NCBI GenBank assembly: GCA_037442925.1
Contig: JBBIPG010000001.1
Location: forward strand, 1,368 to 65,367
Source: Candidatus Fraserbacteria bacterium
GTDB lineage: Bacteria > Bipolaricaulota > Bipolaricaulia > RBG-16-55-9
Reading direction: 5' to 3'
Length of the DNA: 64,000 bases
In this document: piece by piece, positions 56,145-64,000 of the stretch
Layout: each line of letters opens with the position of its first letter
Numbering within the stretch: the stretch's first letter is position 1
Position numbers and translations under genes: made by a program
Notes under the pieces: model-generated
What the model was told of the DNA's origin: nothing
The model's input: only the letters and a program-made list of their open reading frames with translations
Database searches by the model: none

Positions 56145-58095
56145 GTTGTGATGATGGAATCTGCCTCTGGAGTTCTTCCATAATAGCCGTCCATTCTCGA
56201 TACATCACATCCAAGCGCGTTTTCGCCTCTTGATACTGCTTGTTGAGCTCACGCAGGCGTTCGTGATCTTGCGCGTAGCTAGCCTCTTGCAGTGCCTCTT
56301 CGATCCGAGCGATCGTGCCTTCCCATTCCGTCACGGCGTGAGACAGTCCCGCTTCTTGTGTCTCCAGCTTCTTGCGTTCCCTTTGTCTTACTTTCTCATC
56401 GTGGCCTGCCTTTGGTGTTTGAGCCTGACGTCTTGGAGCTTTCTCTTGTTGTTTGTGCTCTTGCGCTCCTCGTTTCGTCCCCTCACCGGTACGTCTGCGG
56501 AGGTAATCTTCGTACCTTCCGCGATAGATGTAGCACTCTCCGTCACGGATCTCCCAGACTTGGGTGGCGAATCTCTGAATGAGGTACCGATCGTGGGATA
56601 CAAACAGAACCGTTCCTTCGTAGTTATGCAGTGCCTGTTCCAGCACTTCTCGTGAACTTATGTCCAAGTGGTTGGTCGGCTCATCCAGCACGAGAAAATT
56701 CCCGTCCAATTGCGCCAAGCGAGCCAGCGCGAGGCGACTGCGCTCACCGCCCGACAACTCCCCAATACGCTTATACACGTCGTCTTCGGAGAAGAGGAAA
56801 CGCCCGAGGAAGTCGCGCGCTTCACTGATGGTCTGATGCTTCCCGGCCATGAGCGCATCCAAGACCGTCTGATCACGAGCGAGCTCTTCCCACTGGCTTT
56901 GGCGGAAGTACGAAAGAATGGCGTTATGTCCCATTTGGAGTCTGCCTGCCAAAGGCGTAAGTTCTCCGACCAATGCTTTCAGGAAACTGGTCTTGCCACA
57001 ACCGTTGGGCCCGATGAGAGCCACGCGCTCGCCCCGCTCCAGTATCGCTTGTGGGATGCGAAAGAGCACCTGGGGCTGGCCATTCGCACCCGGATAACCA
57101 ATGAGGAGATCTTCTACTTCGAGAATGCGCTGACCACTGGGTTCTCCTAACGGAATGGAGAAATGAATGGATTTCGTGACCGGTGGAGCCTCTACGAGCT
57201 CTAGTCGTTCGAGTTGCTTGCGCCGCGCTTTGGCTTGCGCCTCTCGGAACCGTCCACCGGCAATGTTCTTCCGGATGAATTCCTCTGATTTCTTGATGAA
57301 TTCCTGTTGTTGATCGTAGCGTTTCTGCTGATGCCCTACCCGCTCGGTCTTGATCGCGCGATATTTTGAGTAATTGCCTGGATATTCTGTAAGTCGACCC
57401 ACTTCCAGCTCCCAGATTCGATCGGCCAGTTTGTCGATCATGAATCGATCGTGGGAGGAGAGTATGAAGCCGCCCTTCCAGTTTGCGAGATGCTCCTCGA
57501 GCCATTCGAGGGCGTCGAAATCCAGGTGATTCGTGGGCTCATCCAAGAGCAGGATTTCCGGTTCCTCGAGTAAGAGTTTGGCGAGCGCCGCACGAGCTCG
57601 CTCCCCTCCACTCAAATGGGCAACGGGCTTGTTCTCATCTTCTAGAGAAAAGCCCAGTCCCGCCAGCACTTGATGAACCTCACTCTCGTACTCATAGCCT
57701 CCTGCAAGGCGGTACGATTCCAAGAGCTCATCATATCGGTGCAGCAGTTCTTCGCTGTCCGACTCTGCTGCCAGTTTCGCCTCTAACGTTCGAAGTTCGT
57801 GCTCTTTTCGGAGCAGCTCTTGCTTCGCGGCCCGTACGGCTTCATAGAGTGTGTCGGCCCCATGCAACTGGGGCTCCTGAGCGAGATAACCGATCTTTAC
57901 GGAGCTGGCCCTTTTCACCCGACCGTCGTTCGGCTCCTCGATCCCGGTGAGCACCTTGAGCAGAGTTGATTTCCCAGAACCGTTGGGACCAATGAGTGCA
58001 ATGCGGTCGCCTCGGGCCACTTGCAGCGTGACACCCTTAAGAACGGTCTCCGCTCCAAACCGCTTTGTCAGTCCTTCCGCGCTGATGGCTGCCAT
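56137..58095 (-). CDS. ABC-F family ATPase (two tandem ABC domains, no TM)
   Basis: 652 aa. Two Walker A (GPNGSGKST, GPNGCGKTS), two signature motifs, charged linker. Confidence 0.88.
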   Translation of the reverse strand: MAAISAEGLTKRFGAETVLKGVTLQVARGDRIALIGPNGSGKSTLLKVLTGIEEPNDGRVKRASSVKIGYLAQEPQLHGADTLYEAVRAAKQELLRKEHELRTLEAKLAAESDSEELLHRYDELLESYRLAGGYEYESEVHQVLAGLGFSLEDENKPVAHLSGGERARAALAKLLLEEPEILLLDEPTNHLDFDALEWLEEHLANWKGGFILSSHDRFMIDKLADRIWELEVGRLTEYPGNYSKYRAIKTERVGHQQKRYDQQQEFIKKSEEFIRKNIAGGRFREAQAKARRKQLERLELVEAPPVTKSIHFSIPLGEPSGQRILEVEDLLIGYPGANGQPQVLFRIPQAILERGERVALIGPNGCGKTSFLKALVGELTPLAGRLQMGHNAILSYFRQSQWEELARDQTVLDALMAGKHQTISEARDFLGRFLFSEDDVYKRIGELSGGERSRLALARLAQLDGNFLVLDEPTNHLDISSREVLEQALHNYEGTVLFVSHDRYLIQRFATQVWEIRDGECYIYRGRYEDYLRRRTGEGTKRGAQEHKQQEKAPRRQAQTPKAGHDEKVRQRERKKLETQEAGLSHAVTEWEGTIARIEEALQEASYAQDHERLRELNKQYQEAKTRLDVMYREWTAIMEELQRQIPSSQHE

Positions 58096-58256
58096 GATGA
58101 ATCATTTCACAGATGAGCTGGGACTAGCTGCAACCGGATTGTATGGGAATTTTGACGGATCGGCAACAGCGTTACCCTTCCGGGAGCGATGTCCACCCTG
58201 AGAAAGCCCGTCGGACTTGCCGCGGAATTGAGCCGCACCCTATACTGAGATTACCC

Positions 58257-58319
58257 ATGAAGATCACTCACATTCATGCGCGCGAGATTCTCGATTCTCG
58301 AGGGGAAGATCCGCGATGA
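58257..58319 (+). other. 20-codon upstream ORF identical in sequence to an enolase N-terminus (eno remnant), stop overlapping the ftsB ATG
   Basis: atg aag atc act cac att cat gcg cgc gag att ctc gat tct cga ggg ... tga translates MKITHIHAREILDSRGEDPR*. Enolase N-termini read ..I.AREILDSRGNPTVEV. ATGA overlap with the ftsB start. Confidence 0.5.
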
Positions 58320-58588
58320 ATCTTCGGATCGTGCCCATCGCCATTCTCATTGGGGTCGTGGCCCTCGGTGTGCTCTTCTTCCTGCGAGGACAGGCGATTG
58401 TGAGTCTCCAAAGAGAACTTCACAAGCTTCAAATCCAACAAGAGGAACTGATTGAGGAGAATGGGTACTTGAGGGGACTCCTCGCTCGCAAGGACGATCT
58501 GGGCTATCTCGAGTATCTGGCTCGTCGTGAGCTGGGGTTGATCAAGCCGGGCGAAGAGAAGTATATTCTCATCGAAGGTGGGCCATGA
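58316..58588 (+). CDS. ftsB: Septum formation initiator (FtsB/DivIC family)
   Basis: 90 aa. N-terminal TM plus coiled coil (LQRELHKLQIQQEELIEENGYLRGLL). Confidence 0.7.
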   Translation: MNLRIVPIAILIGVVALGVLFFLRGQAIVSLQRELHKLQIQQEELIEENGYLRGLLARKDDLGYLEYLARRELGLIKPGEEKYILIEGGP

Positions 58589-61500
58589 GTTTCGTCCACT
58601 TGCACGTGCACTCAGAGTATAGCTTGCTGGATGCTACCTGCCGAATTGATCAGCTGTTGGACCGAGCTGTAGAGTTCCAGATGCCTGCGATAGCCCTTAC
58701 GGATCATGGCGTGCTCTGCGGGGCGATCGAGTTTTATCTTAAGGCCCGCGAAAGAGGCATTCAGCCGATCATCGGCTGCGAGCTCTATGTGGCTCCCGGC
58801 AGCCGCTTCGAGAAGCGGCAGACAGAAAAGTATTATCATCTCACCGTGCTCGCTCGCAACGCCACAGGGTATAGAAACCTCTTGAAGCTGACGAGTCTCG
58901 GCTACTTGGAAGGCTTCTACTATCGCCCGCGCGTGGACAAAGAGCTGCTGCGCCAATACAGCGACGGCCTGCTGGCACTTTCCGGGTGTCTTAAGAGCGA
59001 GATCAACACGCTTCTTCTTCGGGGGGATTTAGAGGCTGCTCGTGCTGCGGCGCGGGAGTTTCAAGAGATCTTTGGGCATGAATATTTCTTCATGGAACTC
59101 CAAGACCATGGTTTGGAGGACCAACGGCGGCTCAGACCCCAACTGATGGAACTGGCTCGACGAATCGGTGCTCGCCTCGTCGCCAGCAACGACGTGCATT
59201 TCCTTACCCGTGCGGATCACGAAGCTCATGAAGTCTTCATCAATATTGGCTCCAGCAAGTCCAACGAGCGGCGCAGCTATGGTCACGAATGCTATCTCAA
59301 GTCCCCCGAAGAGATGGCTCAGATCTTCCCAGACATGCCGGAGGCCCTTGAAACTACGCTGTACATTGCTGAACTATGCCAGCTCGAACTCGATCTCAGT
59401 CATCGGCATCTGCCCTACTTTGAGCTGCCCCCTTCGGAGACGAGCGCGGATCGCTACCTCGAGAAGCTGGCGTGGGAAGGTGTCCAGCAACGTTACCCGG
59501 AACTCACGGCGGAGATCGAAGAACGGCTGCGTCATGAGCTTGAGATCATCGAGCACATGGGCTTTGCCTCGTATTTCTTGATCGTTCAAGATTTCATTCG
59601 CTTTGCCAAGTCTCGCGGGATTTCGGTGGGACCGGGAAGAGGCTCTGCAGCAGGGAGCCTGGTCTGCTATGCGTTGGGCATCACCGATGTAGATCCACTT
59701 CGGTATGGACTGATCTTCGAGCGCTTTTTGAACCCCGATCGCATTGAGCTTCCGGATATCGACATCGATTTCTGCATGCGCCGCCGCGACGAAGTGATCC
59801 GATATGTAGAAGAGAAGTACGGCACGGATCACGTGGCCCAGATTGTCACATTCGATACGATGGCAGCGCGAAGCGCCGTACGCGATGTGGCGCGGGCTAT
59901 GGGCATCTCGCATGCGGATGCCGACAGAATTGCCAAACTCATCCCCTTCGGGGCTACCCTCGAACAAGCCTTGTCGGCCTCGAGAGAACTTAGGGAGCTC
60001 GGCGAGCGCGATGAGAGGATTCAGCGCTTGTTGGAAGTGGCGGGTAGACTCGAAGGGCTCGTCCGCAACCCCGCCACTCATGCCGCGGGCGTGGTCATCG
60101 CACCCAACGAGATCACGCAATATACAGCACTCATGCGTTTGAGCGATGGCGCTGTTGTCACTCAGTACGACATGATCTCTGTAGGTGCCATCGGCATGCT
60201 CAAGATGGACTTCCTGGGCTTACGGAATCTCACCGTGCTCGAAGATACGCTCAAGTTCATTCGCCAACACATGGGCCAGAAGCTGGAGCTCCGCGATATT
60301 CCGCTGGAAGACCCCAAGACCTATAGCCTGCTGCAACAGGGCCGCACCGCAGGAGTGTTCCAGCTGGAGAGCAGCGGCATTCGCGAGATGCTCAAGCGTC
60401 TGGAACCCACAGAGTTCAAAGACGTGATCGCCACGCTCGCGCTCTATCGCCCTGGGCCTTTAGAGAGCGGTATGGCCAACGACTACATCGAGCGCAAGCA
60501 CGGGCGCGAGAAGATCTCCTACCCTCACCCGAAACTCGAAGGAATTCTTCGGGACACGTATGGGTTGCCCATCTATCAGGATCAAGTGCTGATGATGGCT
60601 CGCGTGATGGCGGGCTTTTCCCTGGCTGAGGCAGACACGCTGCGGAAGGCCATCGGCAAGAAGAACAGGGCACTCATGGAAAAGATGAGGCAGAAGTTCA
60701 TTGAGGGATGCGTGAAGAACGAGATCGCCGCCCAGAAGGCCGAATCCCTCTTTACAGATATTGAGAAATTCGCGCGCTACGGCTTTGTGAAAGCCCACTC
60801 CACAGCGTATGCTCTCATCTCATACTGGACGGCCTATCTCAAAGCGAACTACCCCACATTCTACCTGGCAGCACTCTTGACGAGTGTGGCGGGCAACTCG
60901 GCCCGTGTGCGAGAGTACATCAACGAATGCCGCGAGCTGGGCATTCAGCTGCTCCCACCGGATATCAATGAGAGCCAGGCGGATTTCACACCGCGGGAGG
61001 GCAAGACCGGCAACGCCATTCGCTTTGGACTGGGCGCAATCAAGAACGTTGGACACGGCCCCATCGAGGCGATATTGAAGGCCCGTCAAGCGCGTCCGTT
61101 TGAGTCTTTCTTCGACTTCTGCCGGCGTGTCGAGGCCGATAAGCTCAACCGCGAGGTGCTCGAAAGCCTCGTCAAGGCGGGAGCCTTCTGCCAAATGGGT
61201 ACGCGCAAATATCTCTTGGAGCTTATTCCGATGGGTATGGAATTGGCCGGACGCGCCCACCGAGAGCGCCGCAGTGGCCAAGCAGCACTCTTTGGTGTGG
61301 GCGAGATCTCTCCTCTAGGAAACGCCGCCCCACGAGCGACGGTGAATGAAGAATTCTCCAAGTGGGAACTGCTCAGTTTCGAGAAGGAACTCTTGGGACT
61401 CTATGTGAGCGGGCATCCCTTAGAGGATTATGAGGACCGATTGGCTCTCTATCGCACGTGCGCGCTCAGTGCCATGGCAGAAGCTACAGAAGGTCAGGAG

Positions 61501-62034
61501 CTACAGCTGGGTGGCCGCGTGGAGAACGTGAAGATCATTCATACACAAGGCGGCAAGGATATGGCCTTTGTCACGTTGGAGGATGTCAGCGGAGAAGCGG
61601 AAGCCGTCGTATTCCCTGCGCAATATGAGCGATATCGTTCCCTGCTCAAGCGAGATCACCTGCTCTTCATCCAAGGACAACTGGGAAGTCGCAATGGGCG
61701 ACGGAGCCTGATTGCTGAGGAGATCCTGTCTTTGGAGGAACTCGACAAGAAGAGTGAACTTCACGTGTTGCTGCCTGTTGCGGCCGTGGAAGAACCCACT
61801 TTGGAAAGACTCCGCGAGACGTTGAGGAAACACGCAGGCCAATCGAAGGTTTATCTTCATATCATCGAAGGCGAGGCTCATGAGACAGTCGAAGCCGGAG
61901 GGAATCTGCATGTTCAACTCTCCCGTTCGCTTCTGGAAGAGTTGCGAACGATGCTGGGCTCAGATCGGGTCAAGATCCAGATCCGGATGCATGGCCCCGC
62001 GATGAAAGACGCACAGATGGCATGGGCAACGTGA
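58585..62034 (+). CDS. dnaE: DNA polymerase III alpha subunit
   Basis: 1149 aa. PHP domain HLHVHSEYSLLD. Pol III alpha fingers/palm motifs. Confidence 0.95.
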   Translation: MSFVHLHVHSEYSLLDATCRIDQLLDRAVEFQMPAIALTDHGVLCGAIEFYLKARERGIQPIIGCELYVAPGSRFEKRQTEKYYHLTVLARNATGYRNLLKLTSLGYLEGFYYRPRVDKELLRQYSDGLLALSGCLKSEINTLLLRGDLEAARAAAREFQEIFGHEYFFMELQDHGLEDQRRLRPQLMELARRIGARLVASNDVHFLTRADHEAHEVFINIGSSKSNERRSYGHECYLKSPEEMAQIFPDMPEALETTLYIAELCQLELDLSHRHLPYFELPPSETSADRYLEKLAWEGVQQRYPELTAEIEERLRHELEIIEHMGFASYFLIVQDFIRFAKSRGISVGPGRGSAAGSLVCYALGITDVDPLRYGLIFERFLNPDRIELPDIDIDFCMRRRDEVIRYVEEKYGTDHVAQIVTFDTMAARSAVRDVARAMGISHADADRIAKLIPFGATLEQALSASRELRELGERDERIQRLLEVAGRLEGLVRNPATHAAGVVIAPNEITQYTALMRLSDGAVVTQYDMISVGAIGMLKMDFLGLRNLTVLEDTLKFIRQHMGQKLELRDIPLEDPKTYSLLQQGRTAGVFQLESSGIREMLKRLEPTEFKDVIATLALYRPGPLESGMANDYIERKHGREKISYPHPKLEGILRDTYGLPIYQDQVLMMARVMAGFSLAEADTLRKAIGKKNRALMEKMRQKFIEGCVKNEIAAQKAESLFTDIEKFARYGFVKAHSTAYALISYWTAYLKANYPTFYLAALLTSVAGNSARVREYINECRELGIQLLPPDINESQADFTPREGKTGNAIRFGLGAIKNVGHGPIEAILKARQARPFESFFDFCRRVEADKLNREVLESLVKAGAFCQMGTRKYLLELIPMGMELAGRAHRERRSGQAALFGVGEISPLGNAAPRATVNEEFSKWELLSFEKELLGLYVSGHPLEDYEDRLALYRTCALSAMAEATEGQELQLGGRVENVKIIHTQGGKDMAFVTLEDVSGEAEAVVFPAQYERYRSLLKRDHLLFIQGQLGSRNGRRSLIAEEILSLEELDKKSELHVLLPVAAVEEPTLERLRETLRKHAGQSKVYLHIIEGEAHETVEAGGNLHVQLSRSLLEELRTMLGSDRVKIQIRMHGPAMKDAQMAWAT

Positions 62035-63350
62035 ACAGGCGTGTGCTGCGGCAAGTGGCCAAATGGCTCTACCCCGGCATGGGTGTGAAGCGCTGGGCAC
62101 TGGTCATTGGACTCTCGGCGCTCTTGCTGATCGTGGGTCTGATAGGACTGATCGGCAGGGAGAATCTGCGGATGATTTCTGGACTCTTCTCCGGCTCCGG
62201 CCTGGCGCTCTATGCTCTCATTGCCGGATTAAGCATCGTCGGTCTGGGTGGAGTCATCTTGGGAGTCAATCAACTCGTGCGCTCGATCATACGGGGCATC
62301 TCGCCGGAGTTTGAAGGAAGAGCCTCGGAAGTGATCTACAGCAAGCGGCTGTTGAGTCGAGGTCCTCACATTGTAGCCGTCGGCGGAGGCACGGGCCTCT
62401 CGACCTTGCTCCGTGGCGTAAAGCACTTGACGTCAAATATCACGGCGATCGTCACGGTCATGGATGACGGAGGGAGTTCGGGAAGACTCAGGCGGGAGAT
62501 GAACATCCTGCCCCCAGGCGACATACGTAACTGCCTGATCGCACTGGCGGAAGACGAATCGAAGATGGCCCAGCTCTTTCAGCATCGCTTTCGCACAGGC
62601 GGGGGAAGCGCTCTCAACGGCCACTCTCTGGGGAACTTGGTGTTGGCTGGCCTACAGGAGATGACAGGCTCCTTCGATCGTGCCATCGAAGAACTCAGCT
62701 CACTGCTTAACGTGCGTGGACAAGTGCTGCCAGCCACCCTGGAAGACGTTCAACTCGTGGCGGAGCTGGCCGATGGTTCGCTGGCCCGAGGAGAGTTCGA
62801 CATAGTCCAAACGAAGAAGGGCATCGTTCGGATGTCGCTGTCACAACCCCGAGTTCGCCCTTACCCCAAGGTGCTTGCAGCGATCCGTTCGGCCGATCTC
62901 ATCATTCTGGGTCCAGGGAGCCTGTTTACGAGCCTCATCCCCAATTTGCTTGTGGATGAGGTCGCCCGCGAGATCGAGTTGTCTCGAGCCATCAAATTCC
63001 ATATCGCGAATCTCATGACCCAGCCCGGCGAGACCGAGGGGTTCACATTGAAGGACCATTTGCGGGTCCTCAACGACTACATCGACCTGACCACGTTCGA
63101 CTGTGTGGTGGTGAATCGAGAAGCGATTCCCCAAGACTTGCAAGAGCGCTATCGCCTGGAGAAAGCCTCGCCTGTATGGAACGATCTGGATGCTGTAAAC
63201 GAGTATGCCCTTGAGGTCGTCGAGAGCGACTTGCTGGATATTGTAGAGCTTGAGGGAAAGCTCACCGTGAAGCACCACCCTCAGAAGTTGTCGCAAGTCA
63301 TTGCGCGCTGTGCTAAGCAGGCATTCGCGGAGCGGCTAAGAAGATTCTAA
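62022..63350 (+). CDS. yvcK: Gluconeogenesis factor YvcK/UPF0052 (CofD-like) with predicted N-terminal membrane extension
   Basis: IVAVGGGTGLSTLLRGVK...VMDDGGSSGRLRRE core. First about 100 residues hydrophobic. True start may be internal. Confidence 0.75.
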   Translation: MGNVNRRVLRQVAKWLYPGMGVKRWALVIGLSALLLIVGLIGLIGRENLRMISGLFSGSGLALYALIAGLSIVGLGGVILGVNQLVRSIIRGISPEFEGRASEVIYSKRLLSRGPHIVAVGGGTGLSTLLRGVKHLTSNITAIVTVMDDGGSSGRLRREMNILPPGDIRNCLIALAEDESKMAQLFQHRFRTGGGSALNGHSLGNLVLAGLQEMTGSFDRAIEELSSLLNVRGQVLPATLEDVQLVAELADGSLARGEFDIVQTKKGIVRMSLSQPRVRPYPKVLAAIRSADLIILGPGSLFTSLIPNLLVDEVAREIELSRAIKFHIANLMTQPGETEGFTLKDHLRVLNDYIDLTTFDCVVVNREAIPQDLQERYRLEKASPVWNDLDAVNEYALEVVESDLLDIVELEGKLTVKHHPQKLSQVIARCAKQAFAERLRRF

Positions 63351-63365
63351 GAAGAGGAGGCACCG

Positions 63366-64000
63366 TGAAACGCTACAAGCTGATGATTCCTGGCCCGATT
63401 GAACTGGAGCCCGAGATATTGGCGGAGATGGGCAAGCCTCTGGTTGCTCACTACGGCGAGGAATGGACCGACTTTTTTAACCAGACCGTTGAGCTGATGA
63501 AGAGAGTCATGCTGGCACAACGCGCGGATCTCTATCTCATCGTTGGACCAGGGAGTGCTGCCCTGGATACAGCCATCGGCAACACGATTGCCGATGGCAA
63601 GAGTATTCTGATCGCGGCGAACGGTCATTTCGGCAAGAGACTGCACGAGATCGCAACCTCGTATACGTCTCCGGAGCGGGTACATCTCGTCGAGGCTCCA
63701 CTTGGGCAGGCCATCGATCCGCCGCGCATCGAAGACGCATTGAGGAAAGCAAGAGATGTGAGGGTTGCCGCGATCGTCCACAGTGAGACGTCGACAGGTG
63801 TGCTCAACCCCCTGCGCGAGATCGCCGAGATCTGCAATAGATACGACGTAATTCTGATCGTGGATACCATCTCCTCACTGGGCGGAGTCGAATTCCGCTT
63901 CGACGAGTGGAATATTGGCATCTGTGTCAGTTCCACCCAAAAGTGCCTCGAGGTACCTCCTGGATTGGCTCCCATCGCGATCAGCCCGCAGGCCTGGGAA
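63366..64000 (+). CDS. Class-V aminotransferase (alanine-glyoxylate/serine-pyruvate type), 3' end beyond window
   Basis: GTG start after GAGGAGG. LMIPGPIELEPEIL N-terminus typical of AGXT family. Open to window end. Confidence 0.7.

Noticed and set aside
63347-63781. 144-aa minus-strand ORF at window end
   Set aside because: Antisense to a well-supported class-V aminotransferase N-terminus that starts at 63366 with a strong SD.
1-64000. Search for CRISPR arrays, tRNA/rRNA genes, IS elements/transposases/integrases
   Set aside because: No short regularly spaced repeats, no cloverleaf-compatible intergenic segments of about 75 nt, and no transposase/integrase-like ORFs were recognised. The only repeats are the two paired direct repeats reported above.

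Overview
This is a high-GC bacterial chromosomal window of about 75 genes, mostly housekeeping, read directly from the sequence and the ORF track.

Conserved genes:
- pyrF
- trkA-trkH
- pcm
- prs-rplY(ctc)-pth
- a branched-chain amino-acid ABC importer (livGMH plus a Tat-signal binding protein)
- ruvX
- leuCD
- an M32 carboxypeptidase
- infB-DUF503-rbfA
- sucD
- ychF
- tsaC
- aroC
- rqcH
- a rhomboid protease
- secG
- oppDF
- rdgB
- csaA
- an HdrD-like Fe-S oxidoreductase
- an ABC-F ATPase
- ftsB
- dnaE
- yvcK
- a class-V aminotransferase (partial at the window end)

The gene order is Firmicute/Actinobacteria-like (prs-ctc-pth, infB-ylxP-rbfA, eno-ftsB context). An Omp85-type barrel protein suggests a diderm envelope, so the lineage is unclear.

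Non-housekeeping content:
1. At the left end, two paralogous secreted Gly-rich proteins share a duplicated ~0.35-kb bidirectional promoter/5'-leader module. The module carries three CCATCAA-N4-TTGATGG-type palindromes. Next to it are an RHH gene and a Crp/Fnr HTH remnant.
2. Archaeal-type tRNA modification genes are present: trmY lies in the trkAH operon and pus10 lies 14 kb away.
3. A PKD-PKD-cupredoxin lipoprotein.
4. A 37-aa Arg/Lys-rich micro-ORF with a strong SD (bS22-like).
5. A toxin-antitoxin island at 44.7-49.1 kb with four pairs (VapBC, DUF433/DUF5615, HicAB, DUF4258/YgiT). It also holds a frameshifted S1-protease-WD40 fusion, and ~125-bp direct repeats bracket one pair.
6. A minus-strand operon: ABC-F, an OMP-like protein, and a PD40-propeller/Omp85-barrel fusion.
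7. A 20-codon enolase N-terminal remnant that overlaps the ftsB start codon.

No rRNA, tRNA or CRISPR array was recognised. Fine coordinates may be off by 1-3 nt.
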